DNA from: Thermoanaerobaculia bacterium
GTDB taxonomy: Bacteria > Acidobacteriota > Thermoanaerobaculia > Multivoradales > Multivoraceae
NCBI GenBank assembly: GCA_963666565.1
Contig: OY762911.1
Span: forward strand, 4,000,001-4,064,000
Length of the DNA: 64,000 bases
Direction of reading: 5' to 3'
Shown here: positions 1-7,729 of the stretch, in pieces
How positions within the stretch are numbered: the stretch's first letter is position 1
Layout of the letters: every line of letters begins with the position of its first letter
Position numbers and translations under genes: made by a program
Notes under the pieces: model-generated
Database searches by the model: none
Seen by the model: the letters and a program-made list of their open reading frames with translations, nothing else
Told to the model about the DNA's origin: nothing

Positions 1-371
1 CTCTCGGTACTCTTGCCGGACTCTGGTCCGCTCCCGAGCTTCAGGGAATCGCGGACGCCGACTGCGTCTCGGGCCTTTCCTTTCGGTCCTTTCGAGGGAT
101 GGGAGGACTGCACTGCCCTGAGGCCCGTCGCCAGTTCGCGCCGGCAGGCTCGAGGCCCTTCCAGCAACTACGCCTGACCTGGTACACGGAGGACGGCTAC
201 CAGGAGTTGTACTGGGATCTGGAGTCCGCGCTGCCGGATCCGCTCCGCCGGTCCGTGGCGGGGACCATAACGGCGGCGTGCGCGAAGAGCGAAGGGTTCA
301 GACGGCGCCTGCACGAGCAGTTTCCGTCCTTGGCCGGCGACGTGGGTTGTCGGACCGCTGTCGCGGAATGA
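1..371 (+). CDS. Hypothetical protein, 3' part (5' end outside window); paralog of the broken gene at 42759-43447
   Basis: Frame is open from position 3 to TGA at 371. C-terminal LYWDLESALPDPLRRSVAGTITAACAKSEGFRRRLHEQFPSLAG aligns by eye with FYWNLESPLPPVIEDAVARTVKVVCAESKSFQRRFRRHLPELAG of the 42759 ORF. Confidence 0.7.
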   Translation, partial: LGTLAGLWSAPELQGIADADCVSGLSFRSFRGMGGLHCPEARRQFAPAGSRPFQQLRLTWYTEDGYQELYWDLESALPDPLRRSVAGTITAACAKSEGFRRRLHEQFPSLAGDVGCRTAVAE

Positions 372-512
372 TGAGTGGACCGAAGGGGGCCCCGGTCGAT
401 CGGCGCGGGACGCCGACAGATGCTCCCGACGGTCCGGGAACGGGCCTGGCCGTCGCCGATCCGGTCCGAGCCGAAGCAGTCGAACGCTTCGTCGACGGCG
501 GTCGCCTGGGTC

Positions 513-549
513 TACAATGGCCGGCACACCCCGAGCAGCCGGCAGGAGG
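513..549 (+). promoter_or_regulatory. Candidate -10 box (TACAAT 513-518) and RBS (AGGAGG 544-549) for the 556 gene
   Basis: Near-consensus hexamer in GC-rich DNA; SD lies 6 nt before ATG 556. Confidence 0.5.
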
Positions 550-555
550 AGCCCG

Positions 556-1623
556 ATGAGCATCCAGGGAATCGTTCGCACCGTCTTCGTTCTCGCCGCC
601 GCGAGCGCCGTCGCCGGAGTCGCCGCCGCCGAGGACATTCCACGGACACCGGGCGGCAAGCCGGACTTCTCCGGCAACTACGACATCAGCACGCTGACGC
701 CCATTCAGCGAAGTCCCGAGCTGGGCGATCGCCTCACTCTGACCGACGCCGAGGCGGACGAGATCAGGCGCCGCGAAGCACGCAACATCGAGACGAGATC
801 GCAGGCCAGCGACCCGAACCGGACGGCGCCGCCCGCCGGCGGGAGCGTGGGCGGCTACAACTACTTCTTCATGGATCGGGGCACGTCGGCGTTCCGGATC
901 GACGGCAAGTACCGCACCTCCGTGCTCGTCGACCCGCCGAACGGCCGCTTCCCGCCCCTGACCGAGCGCGGCAAGGCCCGCCGGGAGGGGCTCTACGGCT
1001 TCTCGAAGAAGAACACGGGGCCGGCCTGGTGGCGCGATCGCGAAGTCGGCCCCTACGACGGGCCCGAATCGCTGACGATCGCCGATCGCTGCGTCTTCTC
1101 GCTGGAAGCGACGATCCCGATCTACTCGAAGAGCTACAACAACATCAAGACGCTCGTGCAGACGGACACCCACCTGATGATCCTGATCGAGTGGATGCAC
1201 TACGCACGCGTCATCCCGATCAGCGCGTCGAAGGAAGAAGCGAAGCACCTGCCGGAGACGATCCGCTCCCGGGCCGGCGACTCGGTCGCCTGGTGGGAAG
1301 GCGACACGCTCGTCGTCGACACGACGAACTTCCTGGAAGAGAACTGGAACGCGACGACTCTGTTCGGCGAGCCGTCGCCGCCGGCCGACCAGCACGTCGT
1401 CGAGCGCTTCTCGTTCCAGGACGAGGACACCCTCCTCTACCGGTTCACCCTCGCCAGCGGCGACTGGGAAGCGCCGTACAGCGGCGAGTACACCTGGCCA
1501 GCGACGACGGACAAGCTGTACGAGTTCGCCTGCCACGAGGGCAACTACGCGACCGGGAACACGCTGCGCGGCGCGCGCCTCGAGGAGCGGGAAGTCACCG
1601 CGCAGACGGGAGGCGCCCAATGA
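556..1623 (+). CDS. Secreted uncharacterised protein (PDFSG...GDSVAWWEGDTLVV...ACHEGNY family), copy 1
   Basis: AGGAGG RBS, Sec-type signal (VLAAASAVAGVAAA), motifs PRTPGGKPDFSG, DPPNGRFP, DRC, GDSVAWWEGDTLVVDTTNF, YEFACHEGNY; closely similar to the next gene. Confidence 0.85.
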   Translation: MSIQGIVRTVFVLAAASAVAGVAAAEDIPRTPGGKPDFSGNYDISTLTPIQRSPELGDRLTLTDAEADEIRRREARNIETRSQASDPNRTAPPAGGSVGGYNYFFMDRGTSAFRIDGKYRTSVLVDPPNGRFPPLTERGKARREGLYGFSKKNTGPAWWRDREVGPYDGPESLTIADRCVFSLEATIPIYSKSYNNIKTLVQTDTHLMILIEWMHYARVIPISASKEEAKHLPETIRSRAGDSVAWWEGDTLVVDTTNFLEENWNATTLFGEPSPPADQHVVERFSFQDEDTLLYRFTLASGDWEAPYSGEYTWPATTDKLYEFACHEGNYATGNTLRGARLEEREVTAQTGGAQ

Positions 1624-2681
1624 GCACTAACGGGAACACGCCCACGGCCGTCGTTCTGGCATTCGCCACAGGGCTCGCCGGGGCCGCGGCGGCGGACGAA
1701 ATCCCCAGAACGCCGGCCGGCAAGCCCGACTTCTCGGGCAACTACGACATCAGCACCCTGACGCCGATCGAGCGCAGCACCGAGTTCGGCGACCGCCTCC
1801 ACCTGACCGAGGAAGAGGCCGAGCGGATCCGGTCCCAGGAGGCGGCGCGGGTCGATCTCAGTTTCCGGGCCAGCGACCCGAACCGCGGGGCCCCGCCCGA
1901 GGGCGCCAGCGTGGGCGGCTACAACTACTTCTTCATCGACCGCGGGACCTCGGCCGTTCAGGTCGGCGGACGGTATCGGACCTCCCTGATCGTCGACCCG
2001 CCGAACGGCCGCTTCCCGCCGCTGACCGAGCGCGGCAAGGCCCGCCGGGAAGGCGTCTACGGGTTCTTTCTCCAGAACCATGGCAGGGCATGGTGGCGCG
2101 ACCGCGAGGTCGGCCCATACGACGACCCGGAGTCGCTGTCCATCGCCGACCGCTGCATCTTCTCGCTCGAGGGGACGATCCCGATCTTTCCCAAGTTCTA
2201 CAACAACCTGAAGACGGTGGTGCAGACCGACACCCACGTGATGATCCTGATCGAGTGGATGCACTACGCGCGGATCATCCCGATCGGCCCGTCCAGGGAG
2301 GCGGCCCGCCACGCGCCGCCCGGCTACCGCTCGCGGGCCGGCGATTCCGTGGCCTGGTGGGAAGGCGACACCCTGCTCGTCGAGACGACGAACTTCCAGG
2401 AGGAGTACTGGGTGACCTTCGCCCTCTACGGCGATCCCTCGCCGCCGGCCGACCAGCGCGTCGTCGAGCGCTTCTCGTTCCAGGACGAGGACACCCTCCT
2501 CTACCGTTTCACCGTCGAGAACGGCGACTGGGAAGCGCCCTACACCGTCGAGTACACCTGGCCCGCCACCGACGACAAGCTCTACGAGTACGCCTGCCAC
2601 GAGGGGAACTACTCCCTCGGGAATACTCTGCGCGGCGCGCGCCTTGAAGAAAGGGAAGTCGCGGAGCAAACGGGCGGCTAG
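1620..2681 (+). CDS. Secreted uncharacterised protein (YACHEGNY family), copy 2
   Basis: ATGA overlap with copy 1; signal peptide (VVLAFATGLAGAAAA); same motifs; long identical DNA stretches shared with copy 1. Confidence 0.85.
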   Translation: MSTNGNTPTAVVLAFATGLAGAAAADEIPRTPAGKPDFSGNYDISTLTPIERSTEFGDRLHLTEEEAERIRSQEAARVDLSFRASDPNRGAPPEGASVGGYNYFFIDRGTSAVQVGGRYRTSLIVDPPNGRFPPLTERGKARREGVYGFFLQNHGRAWWRDREVGPYDDPESLSIADRCIFSLEGTIPIFPKFYNNLKTVVQTDTHVMILIEWMHYARIIPIGPSREAARHAPPGYRSRAGDSVAWWEGDTLLVETTNFQEEYWVTFALYGDPSPPADQRVVERFSFQDEDTLLYRFTVENGDWEAPYTVEYTWPATDDKLYEYACHEGNYSLGNTLRGARLEEREVAEQTGG

Positions 2682-2728
2682 CCGGATCCGTACAAACAGA
2701 CGGACCCACAACGAGGGGAGGCGTGTGC

Positions 2729-4453
2729 ATGTCCGAAGATCAGTGGAATCGTGAAGGTCGTGGCGTGAGCGGACCGCTCCCGCGGCGCCTTCTGATCGGC
2801 CTTTGCGGCATCGCTCTCGCGGCGGCGCCGGCGACCGGCCAATCAACCGTCCTGGACGCGATGAAGGCGGAACTCGACCGCTCGATGGAGTTGCTCGGCG
2901 AGGAGGAGACCCCGCCCTACTTCCTGAGCTACGAGATCTCGGAGAGCCGGAGCGCGTCGGCTTCGGCATCGTTCGGCGCTCTCACCGGCAGCGACGAGCG
3001 CCACGAGCGCCTGCTCGACATCGACCTCCGCGTCGGCGACTACTCGCTGGACAACACCCGACCGATTCGGGACACCTTCTTTTCCTCGGCGTTTCGTGGC
3101 TCCGGTCGCACCCGGGTGCCCCTCGACGACGACCCCGACGCGATCCGCGGCGTCCTGTGGGCCGAGACCGACAAGGAGTACAAGCGGGCGCTGGAGCAAC
3201 TCACCCAGGTGCAGACGAACGTGCAAGTCAAGGTGGAGACCGAGGACCAGTCCGACGACTTCTCCCGCGAAACTCCCTCCTCGGGCGTCGACGAGCCCAG
3301 GCCCGTCGAGTACGACCGCGCCGAATGGGAAGACAGGGTCAGGCGCTACTCGGCGCCGTTCGCCGAACATGAGGAGTTCCTGCGGGCCTCGGCATCGCTC
3401 GCCGCCGGCACGGACACCCGGTGGTTCGTCAACAGCGAGGGTTCCGAGATCCAGACCTCGGAAACCAGGTACCGTCTCTTCGTCTCGGCCATGACCAAGG
3501 CCGACGACGGCATGGAACTGCCGCTATACAAGAGCTACAGCTCCTTCACGCTCGACGGACTTCCGGACGACGAGACCGTCGAGCGGGACGTCCGGAGGAT
3601 GATCGGAATCCTCCTGGCGCTCCGCGAAGCGCCGCTCGTCGAGCCGTACACCGGTCCGGCGATCCTGTCCGGCGAGGCCAGCGGCGTCTTCTTCCACGAG
3701 ATCCTGGGACACCGGCTCGAGGGTCATCGCCTGAAGGAAGCCGACGACAGCCAGACCTTCCGCGACCAACTGAACCAGCGCGTCCTGCCGGAGAACTTCT
3801 CCGTGCACTTCGATCCGACGATCAGGACCTATGGACCCTCCGACCTGGTTGGCAGCTATCGCTACGACAACCAGGGCGTTGCCGCTCAACGGGTAACCGC
3901 GATCGACAAGGGGATCCTCAAGAACTTCCTCATGTCCCGCTCCCCAATCGAGGGTTTCCCGAACTCCAACGGCCACGGCCGCAAGCAGCCCGGTCGCAAG
4001 CCGGTCTCCAGACAGTCGAACCTGATCGTCGAAGTAACCGATCCGCTGACGAGCGACGAACTGAAAGCGAGGTTCGTCGAGGCGATCGAGGCAGCGGAGA
4101 GACCGTTCGGACTTCGCATCGAGGAAATCCAGGGCGGCTTCACGTTCACGGGACGGGTCATTCCCAACTCGTTCAACGTGTCGCCGCTCCTCGTCTACCG
4201 GGTCTACCCGGACGGCCGCGAGGAACTGGTGCGCGGCGTCGACCTGATCGGCACGCCGCTCACGACGTTCAGCCGCGTGGTCGCGGCGGACGACAGGATC
4301 GGCGTGTTCAACGGCTTCTGCGGCGCGGAGTCGGGCATGGTGCCGGTTTCCGCGGCCGCACCGTCGATCCTGGTATCCCAGATCGAAGTGCAGAAGAAGG
4401 AGAAGAACCAGGATCGACCACCCATTCTGCCCGCACCAGTGGGAGACATCTAG
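2729..4453 (+). CDS. tldD: TldD-family metalloprotease, catalytic subunit, with predicted signal peptide
   Basis: HExxxH motif FFHEILGHRLEG; SNGHGR; SRQSNL; C-terminal GFCGAESGMVPVS (Cys ligand region); N-terminal RRLLIGLCGIALAAAPATG. Confidence 0.85.
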   Translation: MSEDQWNREGRGVSGPLPRRLLIGLCGIALAAAPATGQSTVLDAMKAELDRSMELLGEEETPPYFLSYEISESRSASASASFGALTGSDERHERLLDIDLRVGDYSLDNTRPIRDTFFSSAFRGSGRTRVPLDDDPDAIRGVLWAETDKEYKRALEQLTQVQTNVQVKVETEDQSDDFSRETPSSGVDEPRPVEYDRAEWEDRVRRYSAPFAEHEEFLRASASLAAGTDTRWFVNSEGSEIQTSETRYRLFVSAMTKADDGMELPLYKSYSSFTLDGLPDDETVERDVRRMIGILLALREAPLVEPYTGPAILSGEASGVFFHEILGHRLEGHRLKEADDSQTFRDQLNQRVLPENFSVHFDPTIRTYGPSDLVGSYRYDNQGVAAQRVTAIDKGILKNFLMSRSPIEGFPNSNGHGRKQPGRKPVSRQSNLIVEVTDPLTSDELKARFVEAIEAAERPFGLRIEEIQGGFTFTGRVIPNSFNVSPLLVYRVYPDGREELVRGVDLIGTPLTTFSRVVAADDRIGVFNGFCGAESGMVPVSAAAPSILVSQIEVQKKEKNQDRPPILPAPVGDI

Positions 4454-4455
4454 CC

Positions 4456-6336
4456 ATGGGCCTGTCCTCGCAAGACCGTCGCTCGCTGCCAGCGCCGACC
4501 ACTGGGTGCGCCGGCGTCCCCGCCGGCATCCGGCGCGAAGCACCGGCTTCTGGACCTTCAGCCGCGCTCCCGCCGACCACTGTTCTGGCCACGCTCCTGG
4601 CTCTTGCTCTCCTTCCGCTCCCCGCGGCGAACGCACAGGAAGAAGCCGAACTCAACGTGATCATGCAGGCGATGCGCGACGAACTGGCGCGCAGCACCGA
4701 GCAACTCGAGCTGGAGGGACTCGAAAAGCCCTACTTCCTCGCGTACACGGTGCGGGAAACCGAACGGTTGAACGCCGCGGGGAGCTTCGGAGCACTGCTG
4801 TCGAGTTCAGAAGACAGGAGCAGGCGACTGAGCGTTGAAGTCCGCATCGGCGATCCGTCCTTCGACAACACGAACTTCGGCTCGATGTCCCTCTTTCCGT
4901 CGAGCTTCGCGATGGGGGGATTCCTGCCGCTGGAGAACGACTACCGCGAGATCCGGCGGCAGATCTGGCTCGCCACGGACCAGGCCTACAAGGCCGCACT
5001 GGAATCGCTGGCCGAGAAGCGCGCCGTGCTCCAGAACGAAACGCGGGCCGAGGACATCGCCGACTTCTCATCGGAGGCACCGTTCACTTACTTCGACCAG
5101 GCCGATTCCGACCTCCCGCCCCGCACGGCGCTCGAAGAACTCGCCCGGGACCTGTCCGCCGCGTTCCGGGACCTGCCGGAGATCTTCAGTTCGAACGTCT
5201 CGGCCTCGACCGGCAACCGCCGCACCTACTACCTGAACAGCGAGGGGTCCGCCTTCATCCGCTCCGACCCGACCGCTTCGATCGTCGTCGAGGCGCGCAC
5301 CCAGGCCACGGACGGCGTCGTTCTGAACGACTCCGTCGCGGCCCGCGGCCAATCCTGGGACGCCATCAGCGACCGGACCGACCTGGAATCGCGTGTCGCC
5401 GCCATGGGCGCCAATCTGACCGCTCGACGTTCTGCCGAGGGCCTGGACCGATACAGCGGCCCCGTGCTCTTCGAGGGTCAGGCCGCCGCCGAACTGTTCG
5501 CTCAGGTTCTCGTGCCCAGACTACTGGGCAACCGCGTACCCGACGCCGAACCGAACTTCGCGCGCATGCTGCAGCAGAGCCGCAACCCGTTCCTCGACCG
5601 GATCGGGGCCAGGGTCCTGCCGCGATTCCTCAACATCCACGACGACCCCTCCGCCGGCGGCGACGGCTTCCTCGGCGGCTACGCGGTCGATGACGATGGC
5701 GTCGAGGCAAGGTCGAAGGCCCTGATCGAGAATGGCATCCTGAAGTCTCTGCTCACGTCCCGCAATCCGGTCCCGGGAATCGAGAAGAGCACCGCGAACC
5801 GGCGCGGAGAAGGTCCGGCGCCGAGCAACCTGATCGTCGCCTCGAATCGCGGCATGAATCGCGAGGAGCTACTCGCCGAGTTCATGCTGCTGATCGAGGA
5901 GCGGGGTGCGGACTACGGAGTCGTCGTGCGCCGCATGGGTAAACCCGAGTCCGGGGACGGTCCGGGGGGCGCCCTGAGCCTCCTGCGCTCGAGAGCCCAG
6001 GCAGGTCCGGGGCTGGGCAACACCAGCCTCGCCTACAAGGTCTTTCCCGACGGCAGGGAGGAGCTGATTCCCAGGGCGGAACTGGTCGCCGTCACCGAAG
6101 CGGCGTTCCGCGACATCGTGGCCGTATCCGACACGTCGACCGTGTACAGCTTCACCCACACACCCGCCGGTGGGTTGATCCCGTCCTTCCTGGCGGGCGC
6201 GTTCAGCGCACTCGGTCTGGGCGAAGTCGTCTCGGTCTCGATCCCCGACCTGCTGTTCGAAGAACTGAGCCTGCGCAAACCGTCCGGAAACGCCCCCCAC
6301 CTGCCGGTGGCGAACCACCCTTCCTTCGATCCCTAA
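4456..6336 (+). CDS. PmbA/TldE-family partner subunit (no HExxxH), with predicted signal peptide
   Basis: Same fold motifs as the upstream gene (MRDELARS, PYFL, RIGD..FDNT, YSGPVLFEG, DDDGV, PSNL) but AAAELF replaces HExxxH; hydrophobic LATLLALALLPLPAANA. Start uncertain because the N-terminus contains a REP-like insert. Confidence 0.8.
   Translation: MGLSSQDRRSLPAPTTGCAGVPAGIRREAPASGPSAALPPTTVLATLLALALLPLPAANAQEEAELNVIMQAMRDELARSTEQLELEGLEKPYFLAYTVRETERLNAAGSFGALLSSSEDRSRRLSVEVRIGDPSFDNTNFGSMSLFPSSFAMGGFLPLENDYREIRRQIWLATDQAYKAALESLAEKRAVLQNETRAEDIADFSSEAPFTYFDQADSDLPPRTALEELARDLSAAFRDLPEIFSSNVSASTGNRRTYYLNSEGSAFIRSDPTASIVVEARTQATDGVVLNDSVAARGQSWDAISDRTDLESRVAAMGANLTARRSAEGLDRYSGPVLFEGQAAAELFAQVLVPRLLGNRVPDAEPNFARMLQQSRNPFLDRIGARVLPRFLNIHDDPSAGGDGFLGGYAVDDDGVEARSKALIENGILKSLLTSRNPVPGIEKSTANRRGEGPAPSNLIVASNRGMNREELLAEFMLLIEERGADYGVVVRRMGKPESGDGPGGALSLLRSRAQAGPGLGNTSLAYKVFPDGREELIPRAELVAVTEAAFRDIVAVSDTSTVYSFTHTPAGGLIPSFLAGAFSALGLGEVVSVSIPDLLFEELSLRKPSGNAPHLPVANHPSFDP
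4504..4538 (+). repeat. REP-like palindrome, variant II
   Basis: GGGTGCGCCGGC-GTCCCC-GCCGGC-ATCCGG; near-identical reverse copy at 59647-59681. Confidence 0.8.
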
Positions 6337-6800
6337 CGGCCGGGCCGCTCGCTCAAGCCCCACAAGGCGGACGTCGCGAACTCCAGGCTGTTTCCGTCCG
6401 GATCGCGAAAGTAGATCGATCTTCCCCGGCTGCCTCCCCAGTCGATCTCCTGCTCGACCGGAACGTCGTGGCTCTCGAGATGAGCACGCCAGAGGTCGAT
6501 CTCATCCTCCGTAACCCCGAACGCAAGATGACCGGGTCCGTGCGATCCGTGGAGCCCGAGACCCCGCGGGGTCAAGTCCGGGTCGGAGGTCGCCTCCGGG
6601 TTGAAGAGCAGGACCATCTGGCTACCGCAGCGGAAGAAGACGTGCCGCCCTTCGAGCTTCGAATGGAGGGTGAGGCCGAGCACGCCCGCGTAGAACGCCT
6701 CGGCAGCTTCCAGATCGTCCACATAGAGGCAGGCCTCGAGAACGAAGTCGAGTTCTTTCGGCCGGCTATCTCCCGGCCCGTCTGCCGCCGTGCGTTGCAT
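6333..6800 (-). CDS. VOC/glyoxalase family protein
   Basis: EACLYVDDLEAAEAFY..VLGL, GPGHLAF, SIYFRDPDGNSLE. Confidence 0.9.
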   Translation of the reverse strand: MQRTAADGPGDSRPKELDFVLEACLYVDDLEAAEAFYAGVLGLTLHSKLEGRHVFFRCGSQMVLLFNPEATSDPDLTPRGLGLHGSHGPGHLAFGVTEDEIDLWRAHLESHDVPVEQEIDWGGSRGRSIYFRDPDGNSLEFATSALWGLSERPGR

Positions 6801-6847
6801 CCTCGCTGCTCCCCGGGACCACCTGACCGGAGTCTCGCGTCACTAGG

Positions 6848-7729
6848 TTACCGACCTTCCGGCGTGCCGCCGGCGCTCTCCACCGCCAGTTCGTCCAGGA
6901 GCCGGGCCGTGTTCCCGGCTCTCCGCGCCAGAAATCGGGCCGTCTCACCCAGCAGACCGACGCGCCGCCGGTGAGCGAGTTCTTCACGCGCGGCAAACGT
7001 CGCCAACGCGCCTAGAGTCGCCCGGGCGTCCTGCCCCAGCAGGCCTTCGAGGGCGAACCGGCGCTCGCCGGCGCGCAGGCCCAGGCCGAGTTCGCGGGCC
7101 ACCTTGCCGAGCGCGGCCCGGGTCAGGATGACGCCGGAGCGCACGGGAGCAAGCAACGCCTCGAGGAAGGTGGGACCACCCTCCGCCCGCGGGTCGGCAA
7201 GCCCGGGTGCGGCGCGATGGTGAGCGGACAGCACCGCCGCCGGCTCGACACGTCCGGCTTCCTGCACCAGGGTCTCCCGGAGCAACTCCGACCAACGCCT
7301 GTAGCCACCCACCGCCAGTTCTTCGACGTGGTCGAGATACGCGAAGACCCACGGCGCGATGTGCTCGTGCAGGAGTGCCCGTCGCGCCTCCGAGGCAAGA
7401 GCGGCGCCCGGACCGGCCGCCTGCCCCTGCTCCTCGCCCAGCGAGGCGTACAGGCCAAGCAGGACGCCGAGGTGATCCGGCTCGGCCGGAGGCGTCCGGC
7501 CCACCGCGCGCCAGAAACCGGCGATCCGCTCTCGTACCTCGCCGCCCATCCAGCCCTCGGGGCCCAGGTAGATCGAGGCGTACGGCGGCAACTGGAAGAC
7601 GAAGAGCTCCGCGTACGCCGAGCCGTCGATGCCGTCGCCCAGGCCGAGCAGACCGGCGACCCGGGCGTGTTCGGGTTTCGGCGCTTCGACGAAGATGGAC
7701 AGGGCGCGCAGTAGCTCGACCGAAGTCAT
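6848..7729 (-). CDS. TorD/DmsD-family molybdoenzyme maturation chaperone
   Basis: PPYASIYL and EPDHLG motifs; ATGA overlap with the stop of the molybdopterin subunit. Confidence 0.85.
   Translation of the reverse strand: MTSVELLRALSIFVEAPKPEHARVAGLLGLGDGIDGSAYAELFVFQLPPYASIYLGPEGWMGGEVRERIAGFWRAVGRTPPAEPDHLGVLLGLYASLGEEQGQAAGPGAALASEARRALLHEHIAPWVFAYLDHVEELAVGGYRRWSELLRETLVQEAGRVEPAAVLSAHHRAAPGLADPRAEGGPTFLEALLAPVRSGVILTRAALGKVARELGLGLRAGERRFALEGLLGQDARATLGALATFAAREELAHRRRVGLLGETARFLARRAGNTARLLDELAVESAGGTPEGR

Noticed and set aside
375-1619. 768-aa ORF as a single protein
   Set aside because: The first 415 codons are an alternate frame over the 556-1623 gene; the real protein starts at ATG 1620.
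2729-6336. RiPP cluster built around TldD/E
   Set aside because: No precursor peptide, YcaO, radical SAM enzyme or transporter nearby.
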